From positions 231,503 through 295,502 of the forward strand of contig JAPMXV010000037.1 of the NCBI GenBank assembly GCA_026936335.1: a stretch of 64,000 nucleotides of DNA, in the 5' to 3' direction. Under the pieces are notes generated by a model. The model ran no database searches and was not told the origin of the DNA. It saw only the letters and a list, made by a program, of their open reading frames with translations. The stretch's first letter is position 1, and each line of letters begins with the position of its first letter. The stretch is from Mantamonas sphyraenae STR306 (Eukaryota; Protista; CRuMs). The position numbers were made by a program, and so were the translations under genes. Positions 22,220 through 33,886 of this stretch are shown here, one piece after another.

Positions 22220-23545
22220 TCACATTGTCTGTTCGGCATCGGAACGTGATCGTTTGGAAGCCGAGGCAGCCATGAGCAGATCAAAGGCACTATTGCTGCG
22301 TTTCCGTTGCTGCTGGTCATTTCTACTGTCCTCTTGGTTGTTTGTACGCACCTGAACCTGGACCTGCATCTCTTGCGTGTCACCTCCTTCTCCATCCTCG
22401 GTCTTGGCCACCACCTTTGCCTGCACCTTGCCCAACGATCCAGCGCGTTGGAACATCTGCATGAGGGACGAGGATGAAGAGGATGAAGAGGATGACGATG
22501 TGGACGAGGATGCACCACGTGAGAATGCTCCCCGTTGGACTCGATTGCCTGAGACAAACAGGTCGCTCAGTTCGTTGGTGAACAAACAAGGCTGGCGTTC
22601 GAGCTGGGCCTTGCGTTCGGCACTCAAATCCTGCACACGGTCGACATCCAAATCAAGGTACACTGGGCCATGGTCTGAACCCAACACAAGAGGCATGTTG
22701 CCGCTGGTGAGGGCCTTTGGCCGCAGGGTGTCGTCAAGCAGAAAGTAGTCGAGCCGCCAGCCTTGGTTGTCGATGCGTCGCGAGGGAATCTTCTGGTCCC
22801 ACCAGGAGTATGTGTCGGCAATGTCTGGGTTGAGCAGACGCAAGGCATCACTCATGCGCAGCATGGGTTGCCACGTGTTGTCACCCTCATCCACCTCCTT
22901 CAAGGGTGGATCCGGTTGCACACCCAAGAGACGACTCAACCAGCCGCGTTCGCAGTCGCGGAAGCAGGCACTCTCACGTTTGGCATTGGCATCGTAGGTC
23001 CAACAGTCATTGGGATGGTAGACGGCGTTGAGATCACCACACAGCAACACTGCCTTGCCTGCAGCCTGCACCTCGACACACAACGACTCGACGTTGCGGT
23101 TGAAGCGTCTCCGGATGTCCTGGCTGCCCTCACGGGTGCCAGTGTTGGGAAAGTAGCAGTTGAGCAGCACAAAGTCGCCGTGATCCGTCGCCACCAGCCT
23201 CCCCTCCTCTCCCCAGCCCCGTCCATGCAGTGTGGTGCCATGGCGTGCATACGTCACCACTCCACTGTATCCCTTGCGTGTGGTGGCATAGGCAAAGAAT
23301 GATTCGTAGCCAGGGACCCGCTGCACACTCTGTCCTCGCTTCCGTCCCTCCTTCCGTTCATACTCCTCCAACTTGTCCTCTGAAATCTTGGTCTCCTGCA
23401 TGCACACAATGTCTGCATCCCACTCCCCAAACAGTGCCTCCAGATTCGGTGTCTTGTCCGGCAGCTTCTTCATCAGCGCACGGATCCCGTTGACGTTCCA
23501 CGACACAATGTGCAGCGGTTTCCTTACACTGTTGCTGCTCATCAT
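22220..23545 (-). CDS. Exonuclease III-family AP endonuclease (APE1/APE2-like)
   Basis: SWNVNGIR, DIVCMQETK, GYSGV, EEGR, YFPN, GDLN, YSWW, GWRLDYF, GSDHGP. Confidence 0.92.
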   Translation of the reverse strand: MMSSNSVRKPLHIVSWNVNGIRALMKKLPDKTPNLEALFGEWDADIVCMQETKISEDKLEEYERKEGRKRGQSVQRVPGYESFFAYATTRKGYSGVVTYARHGTTLHGRGWGEEGRLVATDHGDFVLLNCYFPNTGTREGSQDIRRRFNRNVESLCVEVQAAGKAVLLCGDLNAVYHPNDCWTYDANAKRESACFRDCERGWLSRLLGVQPDPPLKEVDEGDNTWQPMLRMSDALRLLNPDIADTYSWWDQKIPSRRIDNQGWRLDYFLLDDTLRPKALTSGNMPLVLGSDHGPVYLDLDVDRVQDLSAERKAQLERQPCLFTNELSDLFVSGNRVQRGAFSRGASSSTSSSSSSSSSSSLMQMFQRAGSLGKVQAKVVAKTEDGEGGDTQEMQVQVQVRTNNQEDSRNDQQQRKRSNSAFDLLMAASASKRSRSDAEQTM

Positions 23546-23602
23546 TTGGTTCAACGGGCCTACCACACACACACACACAGAGAGAGAGGGACAAGGCAGA
23601 GG

Positions 23603-24804
23603 ATGGAGTGTGATGCTGGGTCCCCTGGCGCCCCCCCGTCGCAAGCAAAACAACCACTTCCTTCGGAAAGAATGCTCCATCGCAGTGGCGCGGGTACAGG
23701 TGCAGGTGCCATGGACACCACAGGGGATGGCGGCACAGGACAACCCATGGGACCCATGGGCATGCGTGGAGGTGGTGGGGTGGCAAGCATGGTGCGCATG
23801 CAGTCCCGGGTGGCCGAAAAGGGGTTTGGTCTCTTCCGAGACTTTACCCGAGCCCACGTGCTCACCATGGAGAGTCTCTTTGTCGACTGGCGCCCTCGTA
23901 CGCCTGTCATTGCCACATTGGGTGCCATTGCCCTGATTGTATTGGGCACCTCCATGTCCTGGTGGCGGAGGGTGCGTTTCTGGTGTGTGTGGCTCGGTGA
24001 TGAATCCCACAACCCCGTTCTGACTCCTCCCCCCCCCTCCCCCCCTTTCCCCTCTCCCCCCCGTATCACACACAGCTACTGGCATGTGTGATCCCACTGT
24101 CGTATTTGGGAGCTGGTTACGTACTGGATGACATCTTTGACCACAAAGTGGACAAGGAGGAACACCCGCAGCGTCCTCTGGCGGCAGGCAAGGTGTCTGT
24201 GATTGCCACGGGGATGACAGTGATCCCTCTGTTCCAAGTGTCCATGATGCTCTGTGCGTTGTATGGCATGCAGGCGTTCTTGACACTGTTTGTGGCGTTG
24301 ATCCCAGTGGTGTGCAGTTCCGTGGCCTTCCGAGTGTTCCCTGTGTTGGGTCGTCTGCTCCTGGCCATGGCCTGTTCCATGGCGTACTTCTTTGTGGCTG
24401 TCATTGACAGGACTTCCACCATGGGCCATGCTGGCTTCTTCCTGGCAATCCTTCTCTTCCCGCTCTGGTATGTCATGGACAGTCTCTTTCACTACAAGGA
24501 CCCCGGTGCCAATTGGGATGCCCACAGTGTCCGTGGGGGCATGCGCACCGTCGTGGCTCAGGCCTGGGCTGCGCTTGCCTTGGCTGTCTTTGCCCTCCTC
24601 ACCTTCTCCCTGGGCTTCCTGGGCACCCCGCAATCCATCACACACCCGCGTGTGTTTTCCCTCCTTATGGCCCTGGCCCTGGCTGCCTTTGCTGGCATCC
24701 TCACCGTCATGTACACCCATCGCAACCTCAAGCACTACGCCACCCTGCGTCTCGTCGCAGAGGCCCTCATGCTCACCTTGCCTGTCCTCCTTGCCCTCTG
24801 CTGA
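23603..24804 (+). CDS. UbiA-superfamily intramembrane prenyltransferase-like protein; intron 23972-24075
   Basis: First Asp-rich motif YVLDDIFDHKVDKEEHPQRPLAAGKVS and about 8 TM helices. The second Asp motif is degenerate. Confidence 0.72.
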
Positions 24805-24915
24805 CTCTCCCTGACATCAATGAACCATCCTCCACACTCACTCCCAATTTGTTTCCCAAACGGGTGTGTGTGTGTGTGTGCACATGTGCACCCACCCCTT
24901 GCCCACCCAACAAAA

Positions 24916-27900
24916 ATGTTTGCCTCCCGTGTCACTCGTTCTTCCTACACACGCACAGGTGCACGCACGCTGGGGTTGGCTGTGGAAGCACCCCAGTCTG
25001 CACGTGCCCAAGAGGACCACGATGAGGTGCTTCAAAGAGCCCAACAGCAGGCGTTTGGCTCTGGCAGAGGAGGCGGTGGTGGTGGCCCAGGCTCTCGGTC
25101 GCCCAGCAAACCGTCCCACGGCGGCGGCTCCGTCGGCGGGTCGGGCTACTCGGGGGGTCGCCTGACTGTGTATGCAGGCAACACACAGAGCAAACGACGC
25201 ATCAAAGTGCATCCGTCGGTGGTGGGACGCAAGGAACGCAGTGAAGTGGTGTCAGGGGCCCAGGCCCTTCAGCCGCTGGATGCCTCGCAAGCAAGCCACC
25301 TCAGCGACTTTCGTTCCGACACTGTGAGCAAACCCACACGAGGCATGATGGAAGCCATGATCAACGCCCCATTGGGGGACAATGTGTATGGCGAGGATCC
25401 TGCCGTGTTGAGACTGCAGGACCGCCTTGCGGAAATGAGCGGCAAGGAAGCTGCTCTCTTTTGCCCCACGGGCACCATGACCAACCAGATTGCCCTCCGA
25501 TGTCACCTCTCTGCCCTCCAAAGGTAGGTTGCCCTTGTACCAATGCCCACCAGAATGCCTGTTTGTGTCCCGTTCTCGTGGAGGTGGGGCCGTCTGCTAA
25601 ACACAGGCTCCGGCGTTTTTTCCGGTTCCTGACGCGGCTTTCGTCTCTACTGCCCCGCGTGTGTGTGTGTGCGCGTGTGTGTGTTTGTGTGTGCGTGTGT
25701 GGTGCTCACCCTTGCCCTGGCGTGCATGTGCGTTGTTCCACAGCGTGCTGGTCGACGAGACATCCCATATTTATAACTACGAGTGCGGCGGAGTGGCGTA
25801 CCATTCCCAGGCGCAGGTGGATCCGGTGCCCCAGTCGTTGTCACGGTACCACGTGACGGCAGACGCCCTGTTGGAACGGGTGCGTGGCAAAGACCAACAC
25901 CACGCAGTGACCAAGGTGATTGCATTGGAAAACACAAAGAACGGGGTTGTGTTCCCGCAGGACGAAGTGCGTGAGATCCGACGACGGCTGCTGGGGGCTC
26001 ATCCCGACCTGGATCTCAAGTTGCACCTGGATGGGGCGCGGCTGTGGAATGCATGTGTGCGCGACAAGCTGACGTTGCAAGAGGCGTGCGAGCCGTTTGA
26101 CACCGTGTCGTGTGCATGAGCAAGGGACTGGGAGCCCCTGTGGGCTCTGTGCTGTTGGGGGACAAGGCCACGGTGGAGAAAGCCCTCCATTATCGCAAAC
26201 TGTTTGGGGGTGGGTGGAGACAGGCAGGCATGCTTGCAGCAGCAGCGGAGTATGCGTTGGATCACCAGTGGGCAAGGATGGAGGAGGACCATGCCTTGGC
26301 ACAACACCTGGCCTACAAACTCGACTCCATGGGCTTTGACATTGTGTTGCCCGTGCATACAAACATGGTGTTTGCCTCGTCGCGGCCCCTGGGTGCCACC
26401 TTTGCCGAGTTGGCAGAGCGAGTGACTGGGGCCTCTGAGTTTATGCAAGCCCATGCGGTGGTTGCGGATTTCCCACATGCGAACGAGATGCGGCTGGTGA
26501 CCCATCTGCAAACCAGTCGCCAGGCTGCAGACCAGCTGCTCCTGCTGATGGATCACATGGCCAACGGGAGGGGCTTTGACAAGGCCAAGGTGGCAGTGAT
26601 GGCACGGCAGGCTGGCATGCTGGCAGCAAGTGCACAGCGACGCAAACAGGCAGCGTCAGCATTGTCACCGTCGCCGTCGCCGTCGCCGTCATCAACATCA
26701 TTCTCGGGTCCGGCACGTGCGGGAGGGTTGCATCGTATCTACACAGACCCGCAGGCGGTGTTTGAGGCAGCCAAGGAAAAGTCAGACACACGTCCTGTGA
26801 GTCGCTTCTATGAAGAGTTTGACGAGAGCAACCTGGAGGACGTGGAGACGGCGTATGTGGAGGCGGCACACGCGCAGCACAACGGCACATGGGGCATTGA
26901 GCATTCGTCGTTGGCACAGCGTGTGGGCATGGTGACACGCTTTGCAACCGAACTGATGGCCAGGCGGGGCGAGCTGGCGGCGTTGTTGACGGCAGAGACA
27001 GGCAAACCGATCTCGCAGGCCGGGGCAGAGATTGACGAGTTTGCACGGTACATCAAACACTTTGTGGAGAGTGCACAGAAGGAAATCGACTCGAGGTTGA
27101 TGACACCGGTCAAGACGGACGAAAAGGGAGACATCCTGCTGTACGAACCAGTGGGGGTGGTGGGTAGCATCGCCTCGTGGAACTATCCGTACTTTGTGTC
27201 GGGCAACGTGCTGATCCCAGCGCTGCTGGCGGGCAACTCGGTGGTGTACAAACCCAGCGAACTTGCACTGGCCACAGGGTGGGAGATGGTGGAGATGTTG
27301 TACAAGGCCGGTGTGCCTCGCATGGCCTTGCATTGTCTGGTGGGCAAGGGCGAGGTGGGTGCAGCGCTGGCCAGCCAACCCCTGGATGCACTGTACTTTA
27401 CGGGCTCCAACGCAGTGGGACGGCAGCTGGAACGGATTGTGGAGCAACGGGAGGGTCGCAAGGAAACGCGGCTGAATCTGGAACTGGGTGGCAAGGATGC
27501 AGTGTATGTGTGTGATGATGTGGCGAGTGTGAAGCATGCCGCACGTACAGTGGCACAGGGGGCGTTCTACAACGCCGGTCAGTCGTGCTCGTCGGTGGAG
27601 CGTGTGTACGTGCACGAGGCGGTGTACAACGAGTTTGTGGCAAGGCTGGTGGACGAGGTGAGCCACTTTGTGATTGGGGAACCCGAGGACGAGGAGACGT
27701 TTATTGGACCGTTGGCACGTGGACAGGTGCATGTGAAGGAGTTGCAGAAGCAGGTGGAGGAGGCCAAACACCTGGGAGCGGTGCAGATGTGCGGGGGCAA
27801 TGCGTTGTACAGTGGGGCCGGGGGAGTGTACATGGAGCCCACAGTGATGACGCATGGCACACATGCCATGTCGTTGATGCAGGAGGAGAGCTTTGGGCCC

Positions 27901-28197
27901 GTGGTGTGTGTGCACAGGCCTGTGAGTGGGGACGAGGAGGCCGTGCAGCTGATCAACGACACTCAGTATGGTCTCACTGCAGGTCTGTTCAGCAGAGACC
28001 CCGAACGACTGTCCCGACTCACCACCAAGGTCAACACGGGCTCGGTGTACTGGAACAGCTGTGACATGAGCGAACCATGGATGCCCTGGAGTGGCCGAAA
28101 GGGATCGGGCAAAGGGGTCACCCTGTCGTACCTGGGTCAACAGGCTTTGACACGACCCAAGAGTGTGTTTGTGCGCATGAAAGGGATCACGGAATAG
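24916..28197 (+). CDS. Fusion of low-specificity L-threonine aldolase and aldehyde dehydrogenase (~1020 aa); intron 25524-25743; +1 nt needed at 26110
   Basis: Aldolase: [50 protein letters not shown], [V][12 protein letters not shown] (PLP Lys), GGGWRQAG. In the same ORF follows ALDH: ETGKP, WNYP, KPSE, FTGS, LELGGKD, NAGQSC, EESFGP. Confidence 0.88.
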
Positions 28198-28292
28198 AGA
28201 GAGAGTGTGTGGTGAGTGGTGGTGGGGGGGGGGATGTCTGCGAGGCAAACCAACAAAAACCACACACCCGGGTTCCAACGAGCAAGAAGCAA

Positions 28293-31200
28293 ATGTCGTC
28301 ACGTTCGCAGCTGGACTCGGACGTGGAGGAACTATTTGGGTCTGCGGATGGAGATGGAGACCGAGTGACGCTGGTGGGCGGAGTGGGAGGGGCCAACGGG
28401 GTGCAGGAGGACGACTTGATTGTCAGCGCAACCCAACAACGGAGGCTGTCGCAGGCAGAAGGGGCCACAGAGGAACAGGACACACGCAAGGAGAACCAAA
28501 GACAAAAGGAAAAGGGCAGAAAGGCAGGCACGGGTCGTGGAAGTGACGGTGAGTGGCAAGGGGCCGACGGGGTGAGACGACGGGACGAAGATGCGACCGT
28601 TTCTGCAAGGCCCAAGAGCACTTGTGAGGGAGATTGTGTGGGAGGGACGCGTGGTGAGGGAGAATGCGACGTACTGACAGGTGACAAACATCCACAGATG
28701 TACAATTGCATGCGCCTCTGCTTCAAGTGAGTGCTGTGGAGCGTGTGGAGGACGAGGGAAACGAGACGGAGGAGGAGGACACGTTGGATTCGCTTGTGGT
28801 CGGGTCTGCGGGTTCGTCGGGCGCAGGCGGGAGCAGGAGCAAGCAGACAGGGACACGATCGGGATCGAATGGAAGCAAACGCAGCGAAGCATCACCCAGC
28901 AACGGGGGCAATGGACGTCGTGCGTTGAGTGGTGGGTTTGGCGGGTTTGGAGGATTTGGTGGAGGAAGTAGCAGCAGCAGCAGCAGTGGTGGCAGCAGTG
29001 GCAGTGGTGGTGGTACGGGTGCTGGCAACAACCGAGTTGCACCTGTGAATGGAGGGAGTGCAGGGTTGCAACGGATGATGACAAAGCACAGTCTGAAGTT
29101 CAAGACGTTCAGCACGTTCACGGTGGATCACGACGAGGACGCACAGCAGTCGTCGGGGTCACTGCTGGGGGGGCTCATGCATGGATCATTGTCGACCAAG
29201 GAACAGCATGGACATGGTGGGACGACCCAACAGCCACACCGTGCACGTGAGGAGGAATATGGTGTGTTTCAATTCCGAGCACGGCATCGGTACACCCGAA
29301 GCAGCAGCAGCAGCAGTGAGGAGGGTGTGGAAGTGGTTGGGGCAGCGTCACGTGAGGTGGGCACCCCATCGCATGCATTGAGTGTGGTGGAACGACGCAT
29401 GGCACAGGAGTTGTTGGACACTTTGACGGAGGAGCAGGTGAAGCTGTTGTACCTGGTGTCGTTGTATTCGTACAAGGCAGTGGCCAAGGGGGAGAGTGAA
29501 GAGTGGATTCGCAAGGTGCCTCTGTTGGTGCTCATGTACGAGGGGGTGGTGGCAAAGACGTTTGACTACGACTACGCCCCTGCCTCGGAGATGGTGGGCA
29601 ATCGTCGCATCTACCTCAACATTCCGCAGGATGGTGTGGATGACTTGGATGACCTGCGTGAACAGAAGCTGCTCAATGGTCTCAAGTTGTCCTCCTCCGA
29701 GTACCAAACCGTGACGGCATACCAAATCTCCGACCTGGGCCTGGATGTGTTGTCGCTGGCACCCACGCGCTTGTTCCAGGCCGTGGACGACCTGGTGTAC
29801 CATCGCTTTGTGTGGCGAGAGGTGACGGATGCATGGAAGCGACATGCAGAGGTCAACCACCTTGCCTACGTGCCCCCAGCAACCTGGGCGAGGAGTTTGA
29901 CGAGACGGATGGGAAGGAGCATCGAGAGCTCGTGGAGGTGTTGTGGGACGCAGCCGACGCCTCGTTCTACCTGCGAGGCACAACCACAGACTTTACGTGT
30001 CTGTCATCCATCACAGACACGGAGGATGTGTCGTATGTGGCGTCGCCGTTCATTCCGTCGCACTTGCGCCGCGGAGGGAGGGCGACGACGTCGTTTCGGC
30101 ACCGTGCGGCGGAAGCAAGTGCAGGGGCAGCCAACATTCGGGACGACCTGCAAGAATTGATCAAACTGGACGAGGTGGTGTTTATGGTGGGCGAGTGGGT
30201 GCCGTTCGGGGCCAACCAGATTGTGTTGTTGAACGACAAGCTGGGTGCGCCGGACAGGGTGCGTGGTGGGTTCTTTACGGCGCTGGTGGACGAGGAGCCC
30301 GAAGGAACCAAGTTTCGGATTCCCAACAACACACAGGGCTTGACTTCGGTGGAGGTGTTGGACTTTGACCAAACGGAGTACCTGAACTTTGAGGCGGAGA
30401 TCAAGCTGCCTGTGGAGGAGGGGGTCATCCAGGTGGAGAACTTTGGGGTGCACGTGTCGGCCACAGGCGAGATTGTGTACGGGTTGGCCATCGAGTCGCT
30501 GCAGGACAAGGTTGGGAACAAGATCTCGATGGATCTGCTGTCGCGTGTGATTGTGGACATCCACAAGGACTCGTCGCAGGTGATGGACTCGCTGGTGAGT
30601 GCATACCAACGCTCGCTGATGGACACAGTGTACTCTGGGGACAGTGCGTCGCGAGACAAGTTCCAGGTGATCATGGCGAAGCGGATGCATCCGAAGAAGG
30701 CGGCTGAGGAGTATCTGGACAAGGAGGACTTTGAGAATGAGTTGAAGCAGGTGTTGGGAGAGACCCAGAGTGCACACGACCTTTCGGAGGACGAAATGAT
30801 TGTGATTGGACGGCACGGGATCCTGCTTGTGAGCGAGGACGCCGAACGGTTTGCGGAGTATGTGCACGCACACATGACACTGGCAGCGCTGGGACTGTTC
30901 CTGCGCAACCTGTTCAACCGCATCTTTATCCTGGACGACCAGCTCAAGCGGATCCGGGAGCTGATCCAGACGTACGAACAGAACCCGAACAGCATCCCGC
31001 GGATCAGGGAGATGTTGAGCCAGAATTCGAGGTATGTGATCCTGCTGGAGACGGCACACGGGTACATGCAGGAGGCCATGCGCACGTTTGACGTACCCAA
31101 GGCACCTGGGAGCAGCCAGGTGAGTGCAGACGAGGCGCTGGGCACGCTGTACAAGGTGTTGCGGCTGGAACAGCACGAGAGCCAGCTGCGTCGCAGGGTG

Positions 31201-31954
31201 GAAGATCTGGACAAGAATCTGGAGGGGGCTCGGTTCGAACTGGATGGGTTGCGTGAGATGACAGATGTGATTTCGGAAAACACAGATGTTCCGTCTTCAG
31301 GAGGCGATGAACAGCAACACGAAGAATCTGGAGGAAGTGTTTCGGTCGAACGAACGGTCGTCGGCGTCGCTGGAGCTGATGCAGGTGATTCTGTCGGGCA
31401 CACTGGCGTTTGACATCATGGACCGGTTCACAGGCGAATGGACGGTGATGGACCAGGAGTGGGCGGAGCGGGATGGGATTGTGTCGTTTGTGACGACGCC
31501 GTACGTGTGGTTTGTGGTGTCACTGGCCGTGTGGGCACTGGTGGCGGGTTTGCTGCTGTACTACATGCGGTATGCACAGACTCGTGCGGGAGGCGTGCTG
31601 ACGGTGCGTTTCAAGGTGAACCGACCGATTCGGGTGCGCAACCTGAACAATTATTTGCGGAACAAGCCGATTGCGGAGGAAGGGGTGGAGAACGACGGAC
31701 ACAATTCGATCAAAAAGGTGTCATGGACAGAGGTGGATGGAGAGTACTGGAGCAACTGCCTGCCGCAGATCGAGATTGCCTACGACGAAAAGTACGGGTT
31801 CCTGCTGCATGTGTACATGCAAATCACCAAGGACAAGTATCTGCTGAGCGAACGGGAGATCAAGCGGAGGTTCTTGAATGATCTGCGCAACTATGAGGTG
31901 TTGGAGGAGGTGCATGGGGAGGGTGGGGATGCCAAGCGCAGGGGAGGGCATTGA
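28293..31954 (+). CDS. Uncharacterised protein: low-complexity N-terminus, globular core, coiled coil and two C-terminal TM helices (CorA-like topology); intron ~28549-28697; frame breaks at ~29872 and ~31280
   Basis: Consecutive overlapping ORFs 28706-30160, 29812-31413 and 31286-31954 have protein-like composition (WIRKVPLLVLMYEG..FDYDYAP, GEWVPFGANQI, LSGTLAFDIMDR, VWFVVSLAVWALVAGLLL). Confidence 0.7.
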
Positions 31955-31982
31955 AAAACACACACACACACACACACACGAG

Positions 31983-33886
31983 ATGTCGCAAACAGAACAG
32001 CGCAAGAATTTGATGGAGAAGCGAGTGGAGGAGTGAGTTGGTCCAGGGGAAGAAGGGCAAACGTAGGCCAGTTGGTTCTTGGGGGGTGGTTGATGATGAA
32101 TTTCCTGCTGACCAGATGTGTGTTGCGTTGTGATGGATGTGCGTGGGTGTGTGGGTCGTAGGATTCCGCGGTCACAGTCTGTGTCATCGACGGGGTCGCA
32201 GGATGGAGAGGAGGAGGTGTTGTCGTTGCAAGATCTGTCGCTGCCGCCGACGGAAGAGGAGCTGGAGAAGTATGGGGATCTGCCACTGGGACAGCTTCCG
32301 CGGCGTTACAAGCGGGACCAGCTGAAGCGAGTGTTTGCGAACCGAGACGTGGACATGCGCAAGATCAAGTGGTTTGGATGGGACATGGACTACACGCTGG
32401 CGATGTATGACGAAGAGGTGGGTGTGCAGCGAGAGAGAGGGCGGTTTTGAGGGTGGAGGGGGAGTGAAATCGCGCGGAAAGGGGGCGGAAGGACGGTGGG
32501 GTGACATGGGCGGCTGACATTGTGGACATGTGTGTGTGGAACGGGCACTGTGGTGTGTGTGTGTGTGTGTGTGGCGTGTGGGTTTCGTGTGGGTGTGTGG
32601 TGTGTGACGTCGGGAGCAGGAACTGGGGACGCTGATCTACGACGCAACCATGGCGCGTCTGGTGGACATGGGCTACCCCGATGAGATCCTGGAGAACAAG
32701 TTTGACAGCAGCTTCCCAATCCGAGGACTGTTTGTGGACGCTAAGAAGGGCAACCTGCTGAAGGTGGACATGTACAGCAACATTGTGGGTGGCAGCCACG
32801 GACGAACGCGACTGAGCAAGGAGGAGCTGGAGGAGGCATACCCAAGCATGTTCATTCCGAGCACGGAACGCACACGGTTCTACCTGCTGAACACGATGTT
32901 CAACCTGCCAGAGGCATGTGTGTTTGCAGATCTGGTGGAGTTTGTGGATGCCCACAAGGACATGCAGAGCAGCAGCGGAGGGGTGGGTGTGTCGCTGAAG
33001 AATGTGTTTGCAGACGTGCGCAGTGCCATCGATTGGGTGCACCACAAGAATGTGCTGAAGAAGGCGGTGATGGAGGACATGGAACGGTTTGTGAAGCGGA
33101 GTGACGACATTGCCCTGTTGCTGAAGCGGATGAAAAAGGCAGGGGCGAGTGTGTTTCTGCTGACCAACAGTGAGTGGGAGTACACCAACGCAGTCATGAC
33201 GTATCTGCTGGATGGGGTGTACGAGGACACGCCGTCGTGGAGGGACTACTTTGACATTCAAGATCGTCGGGGCAAAGAAGCCTCTGTGGTTTGGGGAGGG
33301 CACCATGCTGAGGGAGGTGGACACAGAGAACAACACACTCAGTGTGTCGCGCATTGTGGGCTTTGAGAAGGAGAAGGTGTACAACGGCGGATCACTGAGC
33401 TTCTTTGAGAAGCTGACCGGGGCCAAGGGCGGGAGCGTGCTGTACACGGGAGACCACATCTACGGCGACATCATCAAGTCGAAGCAGACGCACGGGTGGT
33501 GCACACTGCTGGTTGTGCCCGAGTTGTCCGAGCAGATCGAGGTGTGGCGCAAGAGCGCGTCGCTGCGCACGCATCTGGCCAACCTGGAGTTTATCCTGGC
33601 CGAGACGATGCGAGGGCTGGACAGCGAGGTGGAGGACATGCCAGACGTGTCTGTGCTGACCACACGCATTCAGGTGGCCAAGGATGAGCTGGATGCAATG
33701 TTCAACCCTGTGTTTGGCGGGTTGATGCGCAGCGGGTCGACGCCATCGTTCTTTGCCACGCAGATGCGCAGGTACGCCGATCTGTACACGCCGAACTATC
33801 TCAATCTGTTGAACTACCCGCTTGGCTTTTACAACTTTTTCACCGACCGGCAGATCCTGTCGCATGAATTTGAAGGGGAGCAGTAG
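31983..33886 (+). CDS. NT5C2: Cytosolic purine 5'-nucleotidase (HAD family, cN-II type); two introns; one extra nt at ~33258
   Basis: RVFANR, GWDMDYTLA (HAD motif I), RGLFVD..GNLLK, TMFNLPE, FLLTNS, WRDYFD..AKKP, YTGDHIYGDI, RYADLY. Confidence 0.92.

Noticed and set aside
22220-23545. APE domain as a possible LINE retrotransposon endonuclease
   Set aside because: Motifs are those of cellular ExoIII/APE enzymes and no reverse transcriptase follows.
10726-33886. FolC, threonine aldolase and 5'-nucleotidase as a one-carbon/purine gene cluster
   Set aside because: They are separated by many unrelated genes; no evidence of functional clustering.
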